Positions 16,009-26,767 are shown, counted from the stretch's first letter. The stretch is DNA of 64,000 bases from Paludibacter propionicigenes (GCA_020721325.1 DYNA01000002.1:7037-71036), one strand, 5' to 3'. Notes: generated by a model from the sequence alone, not told the origin. Translations and numbers: made by a program.

Positions 16009-17657
16009 AATTGAAAATAGATAAACGGCTGTAAATCAGCAGAACGCACTTGATAAATAATGAAAAATACTAAAATAGCAATTGCTCCTTTTACATAAAT
16101 GGAAGAATGAATAAACCAATCTTGATATTTTTGTTTAAAACTATCTGAAAGCCAATGAATTATCATTCCGAACAAAATTACGGAAAAAATTTCTTTGTAA
16201 GCTACCAACATGGCTGGGATTAATGAAAATGTCCAGTCATTTCCAATTTTGTACATTAAATTATTGGCTTGCTCCAAACTATCGGCTCTAAACCAAATTC
16301 GTGTAAAGGAAATAAAATTGAAGGTTAAAAAAATGGCGTAAATTCTTATAAACCAATTGTTTGTATTTTTAAACGGGCTTATTCGTTTCCAATATTTGTA
16401 AACAACCAACCCAATTCCATTCAAGCCGCCCCAAATAACAAATCGCCAACTTGCACCATGCCACAAACCGCCCAATAACATAGTGAGCATCAAGTTGATA
16501 TTGGTATCGATGGCTCTTCTAATGCGTGGAAATTTTTTGGCAATATAAATAACAAAAGCCAGTAAAATTAAAAATATAGGAATTACCAACCAATGATTGA
16601 ATAAAAAGGCAACATAAAACATTATTAATGAAAACATTACATAACTAAAAATAGAGCCTTTTCTATTTCCGCCTATCGGAATGTAAAGATAATCTTTGAG
16701 CCAAGTGGAAAGTGAAATGTGCCAACGTTTCCAAAATTCGGATACATCTAAAGCTTTGTAGGGTGAATTAAAGTTGGTTGGTAAATAAAATCCCATGAGC
16801 AATGCCACTCCAATGGCAATGTCGGTATAGCCCGAAAAATCTGCATAAACTTGCAGCGAATAGCCGTAAAGTGCCATTAAATTTTCAAAACCGGTATAAG
16901 CCATCGGATTTTCAAAAACTCGGTCGATAAAATTAACGGCAATGTAATCGGAAATGAACATTTTTTTTAGTAATCCTTTGAGAATCCAGAAGATAGCTAA
17001 ACCAAATTCATACTGACTTAATTTATAATCTTTGTAAAGCTGTGGAATAAATTCGGAAGCTCTTACAATAGGTCCGGCAACCAACTGCGGAAAAAACGAC
17101 ACATAAAAACCAAAATCGAGAATACTTTTTACCGGTTTAATTTTTTCTCTAAAAACATCTACCGAATAACTTATGGTTTGAAAAGTATAAAATGAAATGC
17201 CTACGGGCAATAAAATTCTATCGACATTGAAATTTCCTCCAAAGAAATTGGCAAATTCGGCAAAATAATTGTGCGGTGCGATGTTTGTTCCCAATAAAGA
17301 ATTGATACTATCGGTTACAAAATAGGAATATTTAAAGTAAAATAATACAAATAAATTGATAAAAACACTTAAACTTAAGAGCCATTTTTTTCGCGAAAGC
17401 GAACTTGTTTGATAAATAAATTTAGCAATATAAAAATCGCTCAAGGTGGAAAATAAAAGTATGATTACAAAAATTCCACTTGTTTTGTAATAAAAAAACA
17501 AACTTACAAAAAATAAATAAGCATTTCGCAAAGTTATTCGCTTGTATAAAAGCGAAAAAATAGCCAAAACAATGGCAAAAAATCCCCAAAAATACAATTG
17601 AGTAAAAATAATGGGTGCCTTTTCGTTAAAAACGAAAATACTTTTTAAATATTCCAC
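16005..17657 (-). CDS. MBOAT-family membrane O-acyltransferase (AlgI/PatA/DltB-like)
   Basis: 550 aa, polytopic. The conserved MBOAT histidine region is present (FWKRWHISLSTWLKDYLYIPIGGNRKG). Confidence 0.9.
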   Translation of the reverse strand: MEYLKSIFVFNEKAPIIFTQLYFWGFFAIVLAIFSLLYKRITLRNAYLFFVSLFFYYKTSGIFVIILLFSTLSDFYIAKFIYQTSSLSRKKWLLSLSVFINLFVLFYFKYSYFVTDSINSLLGTNIAPHNYFAEFANFFGGNFNVDRILLPVGISFYTFQTISYSVDVFREKIKPVKSILDFGFYVSFFPQLVAGPIVRASEFIPQLYKDYKLSQYEFGLAIFWILKGLLKKMFISDYIAVNFIDRVFENPMAYTGFENLMALYGYSLQVYADFSGYTDIAIGVALLMGFYLPTNFNSPYKALDVSEFWKRWHISLSTWLKDYLYIPIGGNRKGSIFSYVMFSLIMFYVAFLFNHWLVIPIFLILLAFVIYIAKKFPRIRRAIDTNINLMLTMLLGGLWHGASWRFVIWGGLNGIGLVVYKYWKRISPFKNTNNWFIRIYAIFLTFNFISFTRIWFRADSLEQANNLMYKIGNDWTFSLIPAMLVAYKEIFSVILFGMIIHWLSDSFKQKYQDWFIHSSIYVKGAIAILVFFIIYQVRSADLQPFIYFQF

Positions 17658-17793
17658 TTTTTTTTAATAAAAATTTTATAAATCCGTGAATTAATAAAAG
17701 AAAGATTTCTTTTTCATAGTCAAATAAAACGCGCGTTTTCTTTTTTTTCATTCTGATGAAATGAAAAAAAGAATTTTTTTTTTGCAAAAAAAA

Positions 17794-19086
17794 TTAAGGT
17801 TGGTTTAAGTTTGTTAAATCGGGAAATTTTATAACATACTCTATTTGAGATAGTTCTCCTTCTCTATAATTTTCCGTATAATTGTCATACGATTTTAAAA
17901 AAGCATTGAACAACAAGTCGGCTTGTAAAAAATATCCGGCTTTGCTGAAATGAAGTTTATCGTTAGCTGTTAAACCGTCTTTGTGCCAGAGGGTTACAGA
18001 ATTTAAACCGCCCATAATATTATAAAAATCCCAACTTGCCAAATTATGCTTTGCTGAGAGTTTTTTTATTTGTTCAGAAACCAATTGCGTATTTTGATTT
18101 ACGTATCGTTTGTATAAATAGCTATCGTTTGGAACTGTCAATAAAATAGGTACATTGGGCAATATTGTTTTTATTCGGGTAATGAGTGAATCGTAATTTG
18201 TGTAATAATATTCGGGATTGAATTTTTTTGAATACGCATCGTTAGTGCCTAAAGTCATTATTATCCAATCGGGACGCAATGCTTTAAGCTGATTTTCAAG
18301 CAAATCGCAGCGCAAAAAAGCCGGAATGGTTGAACCGTTCACGCCAATTCCGTGATAAGTTATTCCGGGTTGGTCGGTTTCGAGTGATATTCCGTAAAGA
18401 GTGAATTGATTTTGTAAACTATCTGTTTTTGAGAAAGTTATTTCTAAAAAATTAGCTTCAGATTTTAATTGATAAAGTGTGTAGCCTTGTTCTGTATTGA
18501 CTTCAATTATTTCATTTTCAACATTTTGAATATTTAAACGAAAAGACGAAGCACTTACATCGTGCAACACTCTTACACGGTTAAAAGTGTAAGGCAAATA
18601 AGAATCGGGACGAAGATAAATATTTAAAGATGAGGCAGTTGAAGTGGTTGTGGTTGATAAACCCGAAACTCCCAAAGTGCATTTCTTTTTGTATTCTACG
18701 TTTCTGCACGAAGTCCAAGTGCCGGTGTGGCGAATGTAATAGTTGCGCGGAACGTTGGTGCGCGTAAGATTGTAAGGAAATACAAACCCTCGACTGCCAA
18801 CTAATCCGGGGTGCATGGTTTGCAAACGCTCTGAGAAGCGTCCGGGCAACGCGCCTGCTTGCACGTGTGAGCCGCCAAAATGAACCACATTTATTTGTCC
18901 TTCACCGCGAAATATTAAATCATCGAATTTTTGATATAAATTAATATAAGCCGAACTGTCTTTATAAAATTCAATTTTGTTAAGGTCATAACGCACAAAA
19001 TCCCGATATTCAATATTATACGGATAATCTTGCGCTCGAACAATAACGGTGAGCCAGAAAAAAATAAATGTTAGTTTTGTTTTCAT
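17794..19086 (-). CDS. Secreted SGNH/GDSL-family hydrolase or acyltransferase
   Basis: Signal peptide. SGNH blocks are present: HFGGSH (I), GTND (III), DKLH (V). Confidence 0.75.
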   Translation of the reverse strand: MKTKLTFIFFWLTVIVRAQDYPYNIEYRDFVRYDLNKIEFYKDSSAYINLYQKFDDLIFRGEGQINVVHFGGSHVQAGALPGRFSERLQTMHPGLVGSRGFVFPYNLTRTNVPRNYYIRHTGTWTSCRNVEYKKKCTLGVSGLSTTTTSTASSLNIYLRPDSYLPYTFNRVRVLHDVSASSFRLNIQNVENEIIEVNTEQGYTLYQLKSEANFLEITFSKTDSLQNQFTLYGISLETDQPGITYHGIGVNGSTIPAFLRCDLLENQLKALRPDWIIMTLGTNDAYSKKFNPEYYYTNYDSLITRIKTILPNVPILLTVPNDSYLYKRYVNQNTQLVSEQIKKLSAKHNLASWDFYNIMGGLNSVTLWHKDGLTANDKLHFSKAGYFLQADLLFNAFLKSYDNYTENYREGELSQIEYVIKFPDLTNLNQP

Positions 19087-19123
19087 TTTTATATCTTTTT
19101 ATATAAATCCAACGGATTTATAA

Positions 19124-20635
19124 TTACTTATTTTTGCGTTTTAAATAATCGTTGTACTCTAAAATAAGAGCATTGTAAAAGATTTTTGAAATAATTTCGG
19201 CTCCTTTGGGAGTAAAATGCGTAAAATCTTTTCCAGCCAGCGGTGGGTCGTGAAATACCCAACTGGGCATTGAGTTTTTTCCACCCATAGCTTCGTACAT
19301 ATCCCAAAAAACGGCATTGTACTTAAAAGCAGCCGTTCGCATGGCAGCAGCAATATTGGGTATATTTGGATACGACACATATTGTCCGCCCTGATTTCGC
19401 GACATATCTGCCGGACCGATTACGATGATGGAAATATCGGGTTTTATTTGGCGTATTACTTCAAGTTGTTTGCCAAACATTTTCCCATAATAATCATAAT
19501 TACTTGTTATATAAGGAGTTACATTTCCTCCAAATTCTAAAATCAAAAGCCTTACATCTAATTCGTGCAACATGGCTTTTAATAATTCCTTATTTTGGGT
19601 TGTAAAAACAAAACCGGAGCTTCCACGTTGCGGAACATTGTCCACTGCAATTCCATTTTCGGCATCTAAACCAATAGCATAGATTTCAGGACTATCGGAA
19701 CCGGAAAATTTGAATAGTAAGTTTTCAGGTGAATTGACAGTCCATTTGGCAGTCATTAGTTTATTGTTTGGAGGTAAAATTTGAGTTCCAACCAATTGCT
19801 CGTTAGCAAAAACACTTACCTGCACAGGACTTTGGTTGAAACCATAAAAAAGCTTAACTTGCTGAAAATTATTGTTGTTAGCATAAGCTCTTTCGGAACG
19901 CTTAAAGCTAATAGAAGCCGAATAACCACCGGAAACGATTGTATCGGCTTTGTTAAAAGCTGTATCAATTGTTCCGCGTATGGGCGAAAAGCGTGAAAAT
20001 CCGGCTAAAATACCAAATCGCTGACCTTTTATGGAATTGGAATGTTCCATTGTGTTGTAGCGATACCATGAACCCGAATTTTGGTGTTTAATAGTAATTC
20101 CGTAATTATAAGGCTGCAAAGCCGGTAAAAGTCCCGGACCTCCACCGCCAAACTGTTGATGCAAATTTTTACGAATTACCGAAGTTATTCTATCTCCTTC
20201 GAGTTGCGAATCGCCATAATGAACAATTCTAAAAACACCTTTTTTAGGTTTTTCTAAATCGGCAAAAAATTTATCTAATACCGTTTTATCATTGTTGGGA
20301 AATTGCAAACGCTGAATAGCCGTAATACTTTCTACTTCAATGCTTACGGTATCGGCTATTTCTAAAACTACTTTATAATCTTTGGTATATTCTTTTAATA
20401 CATTGCGAAAAACAATTTCCTGAAAAGAAAGCAAAGCTGCCGTATCGCCTTTCTCTGATATAATACTTTGAATATCAGCATATTGAACGGGTTCTGCAAA
20501 AATATCTTCCAAAGCAGGCATTTCAAGTTTTTTTTCTTTAGTTATTTGAATGCCATTAACCGGAAACACCAGCATTACTAAAGCAATACTTAAAAAAACT
20601 GCTATTAAAAAAATTAAAGATTGATGTGGTTTCAC
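19124..20635 (-). CDS. Membrane-anchored SGNH/GDSL-family hydrolase or acyltransferase
   Basis: N-terminal TM anchor. SGNH blocks are present: HYGDSQ (I), FGGN (III), DFTH (V). Confidence 0.75.
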   Translation of the reverse strand: MKPHQSLIFLIAVFLSIALVMLVFPVNGIQITKEKKLEMPALEDIFAEPVQYADIQSIISEKGDTAALLSFQEIVFRNVLKEYTKDYKVVLEIADTVSIEVESITAIQRLQFPNNDKTVLDKFFADLEKPKKGVFRIVHYGDSQLEGDRITSVIRKNLHQQFGGGGPGLLPALQPYNYGITIKHQNSGSWYRYNTMEHSNSIKGQRFGILAGFSRFSPIRGTIDTAFNKADTIVSGGYSASISFKRSERAYANNNNFQQVKLFYGFNQSPVQVSVFANEQLVGTQILPPNNKLMTAKWTVNSPENLLFKFSGSDSPEIYAIGLDAENGIAVDNVPQRGSSGFVFTTQNKELLKAMLHELDVRLLILEFGGNVTPYITSNYDYYGKMFGKQLEVIRQIKPDISIIVIGPADMSRNQGGQYVSYPNIPNIAAAMRTAAFKYNAVFWDMYEAMGGKNSMPSWVFHDPPLAGKDFTHFTPKGAEIISKIFYNALILEYNDYLKRKNK

Positions 20636-20664
20636 CTTTTATTTTATTTTGTTTTTATCAAAAT

Positions 20665-22305
20665 TTATTTTACTTTAATCTTTAAAACTTGCCCAACATT
20701 TAATTTGTAATTTTTGGGCAATTTATTAAGTTTTATTATCATTTCTACACTTGTACCTTCAAATTTACGCGAAATATCCCAAAGGTTATCTCCTTTTTTT
20801 ACAGTGTAATAAACAAAATTTGACATATTGTTTACGCTGCTGCTTATTTCAAACCCTGAACTAAATATATCGGAATTATTGTTTTGTGTAGTTGTTTTCT
20901 TTTCAGTTGATGCCGTAGAAGTTACCACTTTTTTACCCGAAGACTTTTGCTTTTCTGCAAAAGATAATGAATTTATATCTTTGTATTTGGAAACTTCATA
21001 TTGAGGAACATAAACGACTAATTCTTGTCCGGGGTAAATTGTTTTTTTGTAATACAAATTGTTCCAAGATTTTATATCGGTAATGCTTACGTTGTACCAC
21101 TGGGCTATTAATCCCAAATTGTCGCCCGTCTTGATTTTATAAGTCAATTTTGCTTTATTTTTGGGAACTACTTCTTCAAAATATTCGGTATTTTTTTCGC
21201 TTGAAGTAACAACTTTAGGCGGTATAACAACCGTTTGTGGTGCTTGAAAATAAACTGTTGCATTGTATTTATAAATGGTATCTTCTAATGTTTTAAAGGC
21301 TTTAATATTTTTAGACGAAATTCGTAAAATATTATTGTCGTTAATGGGCTGAATAATACCCATTTTATACTCCGGATTCAAATCCTTTAATTCTTGCATT
21401 GATATTTTCAAAACCTCAGATATTTGTCCAAAATGAACTTTCTGTTTTACTTCAATATTTTCAATATCTTCCGGCATTTTTATTTTAAACGGTACAATGT
21501 TGTAATCTTTATAATTCTGTGAAATATAAACACTTGCAATAAATGCCGGCAAATATTCGCGTGAAAATTGTGGTAAAAAATTATAAATTTTCCAAACATC
21601 GCGCTCGCCATTGGCACGGCTAATGGCTTTATTTACGTTGGCTGCGCCACAAAAATAGGCAGTAATGGCTAAATTCCAATCGTGATAAATATCGAACATT
21701 TCTTTCAAATATTTTACGGCGGCCAAAGTTGATTTTTCAAAATCGCGCCTTTCATCGGTGTAACTGGTAATATTCAAACCATAACGCTTTGCCACCGGAT
21801 AGGAAAGTTGCCAAATACCTGAAGCTCCCGTGTGAGAAACGGCTGCCGGAAAAAAGGAAGACCCAACCATTGGCAGATACTTCAATTCTAAAGGAAGTTT
21901 GTATTTTTTTAAATTATCTTCTACAACTAACTCATAATGAGACACTAAGCCATAAGCTACTTCTATTTTAGTTCTTTGATTGTAATCGGTATAAAATTTT
22001 ATAAATTTATTAACTTCTTCATTGTAAGTTAATTTTATAAAACTTTCCATTTTAAGAAATTTCTTTTTTACCAAAGAATCTGAAATAGGCGTATTTTTTT
22101 TTGAAGGAGTTTTTCGTGCTGAAACCGTTTTTTCAACATAACTTAATTTTAATAAACTGTCTAAATTGCTTAACAGCAAATTATTTTCAAAACCATAAGC
22201 ATTGGCTTGCGTGGTATTTATATTAATTTCATTTTGGCTGTAGCCAAAAATAAAAAAATGTACAAATACCAACAAAATAAAGCTATTTTTTAAAATAATT
22301 TTCAT
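20665..22305 (-). CDS. MltD-like SLT-domain protein with two LysM domains; catalytic Glu replaced by Gly
   Basis: The SLT motif aligns residue for residue with the upstream paralogue, but reads LKYLPMVGSSFFPAAVSHTGASGIWQL (G148, codon 21862-21864) where the paralogue has ES. Two C-terminal LysM domains are present (YKIKTGDNLGLIA..., YYTVKKGDNLWDIS...). Confidence 0.8.
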   Translation of the reverse strand: MKIILKNSFILLVFVHFFIFGYSQNEININTTQANAYGFENNLLLSNLDSLLKLSYVEKTVSARKTPSKKNTPISDSLVKKKFLKMESFIKLTYNEEVNKFIKFYTDYNQRTKIEVAYGLVSHYELVVEDNLKKYKLPLELKYLPMVGSSFFPAAVSHTGASGIWQLSYPVAKRYGLNITSYTDERRDFEKSTLAAVKYLKEMFDIYHDWNLAITAYFCGAANVNKAISRANGERDVWKIYNFLPQFSREYLPAFIASVYISQNYKDYNIVPFKIKMPEDIENIEVKQKVHFGQISEVLKISMQELKDLNPEYKMGIIQPINDNNILRISSKNIKAFKTLEDTIYKYNATVYFQAPQTVVIPPKVVTSSEKNTEYFEEVVPKNKAKLTYKIKTGDNLGLIAQWYNVSITDIKSWNNLYYKKTIYPGQELVVYVPQYEVSKYKDINSLSFAEKQKSSGKKVVTSTASTEKKTTTQNNNSDIFSSGFEISSSVNNMSNFVYYTVKKGDNLWDISRKFEGTSVEMIIKLNKLPKNYKLNVGQVLKIKVK

Positions 22306-22308
22306 TCG

Positions 22309-23787
22309 TTAAATTCGTTTAATTTTAATTTTATCTCCCGGATTTATTCTGCTATCGGAATTAAAATTATTTATTTTCAATATTTCTGAAGTGCTTACAT
22401 CTTTAAATTTTTGAGAAATTCCCCAAAAACTATCGCCTTCTTTAATGGTATAATACAAATAGCCGTCTTCGCTTTGCGTGCTTGGTTCACTGGTTTTATT
22501 GGATTTAAAACTGGTGCTTGCTACTTGAATTTCAGAAGGGTTAACGGATTGATAAGCATAAATTTCTTTTTCTTTTTGCAAGAAAGTCATCGTTTGTTCA
22601 ATTGGCAAGCGCAGTGCATAACCTTCTTGTACTGACGGAATTAAATCTTTTTTGTATTGAGGGTTCAACAATCGAAGCTGTTCGATAGAAATTCCCAAAA
22701 CACCCGATATTTGGTTAAATGAAACCGATTTATTTGTTATCATTAAAGTATCGGAAGCCAAAGGAAATTCATATTCTAATGGCACTATTTTATGCTCTTT
22801 GTAATAATTCATTATATAAGTTGCGCCAATGTAAGCCGGAACATAATTTTGAGTTTCTTTAGGTAAAAATTGTGAAATTACCCAATAATCTTTGCTCCCA
22901 CCCGATTTTTTTATTGCTCTATTCACATTGCCCGGACCACAATTGTAAGCCGCCAAGGCTAAAGTCCAGTCGCCATAAGTTTGATATAAATTGCTCAAAT
23001 AACGAGCGGCTGCATGCGTAGATTTTATTGGGTCAAAACGCTCATCAATATTGGCATTAATCGTCATTCCGTAAGCTCTGCCGGTGGAATAAATAAACTG
23101 CCAAAGTCCGGCAGCTTTTGCTCGCGACATGGCTATCGGATTTAATGCAGATTCGATGATGGCTAAATATTTTAACTCCAAAGGAACGCCGTAAGCATCA
23201 AAAATCTGTTCAAAAATTGGAAAATAAAACTCGGCTCTTCCTAATAAACGCTGAACGGTTATGACCGATTTTCGGCGTGTGTAACGCTCAATGTATTCTT
23301 TTACTTTTTCGTTGTACGACAAATTTATTACCGTTGAAATATTTTTTAAACGGGCAATATAAGTTGAATCACTACATTCAATTATTGAAGAATCTCTTGT
23401 CCAATTGTCTTGATAATTATACACTTGTGGCTCTATGTTTGTAAACCACAACAGCGACAAACTGTCAATTTCCGTAGCATTTCTACTTACTTTATGTTCG
23501 GCTGTGTAAGGAACATAAGGCGCGGGAACGGTTAAAACAATTTCTTCTTGTTTTGAATTTTCTTCCTGCAACTGTTTTAATACTTTTGTATGAATTTCTG
23601 AAATAAAACTATTAATAAAATATTTATTTTCAGATTTTTCCATGTAATCAATAAACAAACTGTCGTATTGTATTACATCAAAATTCAAATTTTCATTTAA
23701 AATATTAACTTCTTTTTGTGCCATTACTGAATTTTGAAAATACAGCAACATAACAACCAATAATAGTACAATTCTATTCATAATCAT
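22309..23787 (-). CDS. MltD-like lytic transglycosylase with one LysM domain
   Basis: Intact SLT motif LKYLAIIESALNPIAMSRAKAAGLWQF. One C-terminal LysM domain (YYTIKEGDSFWGISQKF). Confidence 0.85.
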   Translation of the reverse strand: MIMNRIVLLLVVMLLYFQNSVMAQKEVNILNENLNFDVIQYDSLFIDYMEKSENKYFINSFISEIHTKVLKQLQEENSKQEEIVLTVPAPYVPYTAEHKVSRNATEIDSLSLLWFTNIEPQVYNYQDNWTRDSSIIECSDSTYIARLKNISTVINLSYNEKVKEYIERYTRRKSVITVQRLLGRAEFYFPIFEQIFDAYGVPLELKYLAIIESALNPIAMSRAKAAGLWQFIYSTGRAYGMTINANIDERFDPIKSTHAAARYLSNLYQTYGDWTLALAAYNCGPGNVNRAIKKSGGSKDYWVISQFLPKETQNYVPAYIGATYIMNYYKEHKIVPLEYEFPLASDTLMITNKSVSFNQISGVLGISIEQLRLLNPQYKKDLIPSVQEGYALRLPIEQTMTFLQKEKEIYAYQSVNPSEIQVASTSFKSNKTSEPSTQSEDGYLYYTIKEGDSFWGISQKFKDVSTSEILKINNFNSDSRINPGDKIKIKRI

Positions 23788-23850
23788 CTCATTTTCTGTA
23801 CAATAGTTTCTTGTATCAACTTTTGTACTAAATTTATATTTTCTATAAAA

Positions 23851-24420
23851 CTAAAAATTCAACGAAACTTTTAAACCAAAAGCCGTTGAATTTGCAAAAT
23901 TTATTTTGTTAAAAAAAGGTTCCGCTTTTATGCTCAAATCCGGACTTACGTCGAAGGTATAAAAATGAGCATCTACATTGGCATCGATAATATTCAAAAT
24001 GTGCAAACCAATGGTAACCAAAAACATAAGGTCGCGATTACGTTTGTACGAATCTTTTACATTTTTGATGTATTCCGCTCGTCCGTCTCCATATAAATCA
24101 ATGGTAGCTTGGTCTTTAGCCATGTAAAGTTGGTAAATATCGCGAACGTAAACATATTGTTTTTGATTGTAAGAAATCGCGTAAATACTTCCGGCAATTG
24201 CACCCCAAACAACGGGGATTTTCCAATATTTTTTATTGTAATATTGCCCCAAACCCGGCAAAACAGCCGACAATAACGCCGCTTTTTTCGGAGAATGCAC
24301 CACCAAGGTATCCGAAATTTTTTCTGTTTCGGGTTTCAAGCTATTTTCTTGAGCATTTGCATTGATGCTCAAAAAACTAAGTATTAAAAATAAAACAATA
24401 TGGTTAAATATTTTTCTCAA
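23851..24420 (-). CDS. DUF5683-like membrane protein
   Basis: Motif SAVLPGLGQYYNKKYWKIPVV. Its position immediately downstream of parB is, as I recall, typical in Bacteroidota. Confidence 0.6.
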   Translation of the reverse strand: MRKIFNHIVLFLILSFLSINANAQENSLKPETEKISDTLVVHSPKKAALLSAVLPGLGQYYNKKYWKIPVVWGAIAGSIYAISYNQKQYVYVRDIYQLYMAKDQATIDLYGDGRAEYIKNVKDSYKRNRDLMFLVTIGLHILNIIDANVDAHFYTFDVSPDLSIKAEPFFNKINFANSTAFGLKVSLNF

Positions 24421-24432
24421 TTAAATTTTATT

Positions 24433-25320
24433 TTAATTTTCCGATAACTTATTAAAAAGTCGGACTAATTCTTCAAATTCGGAATCGTTATTAAACGGAA
24501 TAATTAATTTTCCTTTTCCTTTTGCATCGCGCTTTAAATCAATTTTTTGCTTAACTCGCAAAGCCAATTGTTTTTTAAAATCAAGATATGAATCGGGCAA
24601 AGTAGAAACCGGTTTTTTATTTGGAATTTCAACTGCTTCAGTATCAAGAGCTTCCTTAGCCAATATTTCAACTTTTCTTACCGATAAATCTTCGTTAATT
24701 ATCTGAAAATAAATCTTTAACAACCGTTCATCATCTTCAATAGCAGCCAAAGCACGAGCATGCCCCATGCTTATTTTATTGTCTCTTACTCCTATTTGCA
24801 CTTCTACGGGCAATTTTAATAAACGCAAATAATTTGAAATACTTGCGCGACTCTTGCCAACACGTTCACTCATTGTTTCTTGCGTCAATTGACATTCATC
24901 TATCAAGCGTTGGTACGAAATAGCTATTTCAATCGCATTCAGGTCTTCGCGCTGAATGTTTTCTACCAAAGCCATTTCCAACATCGATTGGTCATCGGCT
25001 TCGCGCACATAGGCAGGAATGGTTTTTAAACCCGATATTTGCGCTGCTCTATAACGTCTTTCACCCGAAATGATTTGAAACTCATCGCCTATTTTTCGCA
25101 ATGTAATAGGCTGAATAATACCCAATTTGGCTACCGATTGTGCTAATTCTTCTAACGCATCGATATTAAAATTAGCACGCGGTTGGAAAGGATTGGCTTT
25201 AATCTTGCCAAGCTCTATTTCATTGACCAATCCCAAAGCTTGCACTTCCGGATTTTTTTCATATTTATTATCGTCAATTAAAGCTCCAAGACCTCTGCCT
25301 AAAACGCTTTTTTTTACCAT
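24433..25320 (-). CDS. parB: Chromosome partitioning protein ParB
   Basis: ParB box GERRYRAA, an HTH region, and N-terminal GRGLGALI. Confidence 0.95.
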   Translation of the reverse strand: MVKKSVLGRGLGALIDDNKYEKNPEVQALGLVNEIELGKIKANPFQPRANFNIDALEELAQSVAKLGIIQPITLRKIGDEFQIISGERRYRAAQISGLKTIPAYVREADDQSMLEMALVENIQREDLNAIEIAISYQRLIDECQLTQETMSERVGKSRASISNYLRLLKLPVEVQIGVRDNKISMGHARALAAIEDDERLLKIYFQIINEDLSVRKVEILAKEALDTEAVEIPNKKPVSTLPDSYLDFKKQLALRVKQKIDLKRDAKGKGKLIIPFNNDSEFEELVRLFNKLSEN

Positions 25321-25350
25321 CTATATTTTTTTTTCTAAAAATTTCAAAAA

Positions 25351-26148
25351 CTATTTGTTTTCATGAGCCAATTCTTGATTTCTTTTTAATTGTTTTTCAA
25401 GAATTTCTTTTGCCAAATTTAAGTAACTTACTGCTCCTTTTGAACTTGCATCGTGCAAAATTACAGGCTCGCCAAAACTTGGAGCTTCTCCCAGCTTGGT
25501 ATTTCGAGCTATTATCGTTTCAAAAACCATATCGGCAAAATGCTTTTGAACCTCTTCAACTACCTGATTTGCAAGCCTTAAACGCGAATCGTACATAGTT
25601 AATACAAAACCTTCAATGTCCAGTTTCGTGTTGATTCGATTTTGAACCATTTTAATGGTATTCAATAATTTACCCAAACCCTCCAGAGCAAAATATTCGC
25701 ATTGCACCGGAATAAGAACCGAATCGGCTGCGCTCAAAGCATTTAAAGTTAAAAGACCCAAAGACGGCGAGCAATCAATCAAAATGTAATCGTATCTATC
25801 GCGTATTTTACTTATAACTTTATCTAAAATTTTTTCTCGCTCATCTACGTTAAGCATCTCTATCTCAGCACCTACCAAATCTATGTGCGAAGGTATTAAA
25901 TCAAAGCCTTCGGTTTTGGTTTTTAAAACCGTTTCCTCTGGATGCATTCCATCAATTAAGCAATCGTAAATATTTTTTTCTATACTTTTTAAATCAAAAC
26001 CTGTACCTGATGTTGCATTAGCTTGAGGGTCAGCATCTATAAGAAGAACTTTTTTTTCAAGCACAGCTAAACTGGCTGCCAAATTGATTGAAGTGGTTGT
26101 TTTTCCAACCCCTCCTTTTTGATTTGCAATGGCAATTACTCTCGACAT
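25351..26148 (-). CDS. parA: Chromosome partitioning ATPase ParA/Soj
   Basis: Deviant Walker A motif NQKGGVGKTT. 265 aa, directly upstream of parB. Confidence 0.95.
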   Translation of the reverse strand: MSRVIAIANQKGGVGKTTTSINLAASLAVLEKKVLLIDADPQANATSGTGFDLKSIEKNIYDCLIDGMHPEETVLKTKTEGFDLIPSHIDLVGAEIEMLNVDEREKILDKVISKIRDRYDYILIDCSPSLGLLTLNALSAADSVLIPVQCEYFALEGLGKLLNTIKMVQNRINTKLDIEGFVLTMYDSRLRLANQVVEEVQKHFADMVFETIIARNTKLGEAPSFGEPVILHDASSKGAVSYLNLAKEILEKQLKRNQELAHENK

Positions 26149-26767
26149 GTTCGTTTTTATTTTATATTAATAGTCTATTTTTCAATTTTTTACACGAAAA
26201 AGCTATCATTCTAAATTATTTTATTTTAAAATTTTAACTCTTCTATAAATCATATTTTTTTTCTTTTTCATTTATTCGCCAAAAGTATAATTTTTTTATT
26301 GAATTATCCTACTTTATTTGATTTTTTAACAGTATTTTATTTAAAGGCTGCAATTCGTAATTTTAGTTAATTAACTAATTTTAAAGCCTTTGAATTTTTA
26401 TTCTTTACTTTTATTGCTTTTTTTTTGTTAAAAATAGTTAAATCTTATTAAAATAAAATTCAACCTTTTAACTAAATAACTTTGAAAAAATCTTTTTTTA
26501 GTTTTTAAAAATCTTTTTTTAAGCCAGCAATATTTTTTTTTAATTCTAAAGCGACTAAGATATATATAATTTTCAAATATAGAAACAATGAATGTTTTTC
26601 TTTAAAATAAATTACTCAAATTATTAATTATTTCAACTACTTTTTTTTGATTTTTTATTTTGTAAAAATCTAATTTATTGATTATTATATACGATTTTCG
26701 TTTCAAACTAAAAAATAATACTTCAGTCATCACACAAAAAAAAATTCCTTAAAATACAGAAATACCT

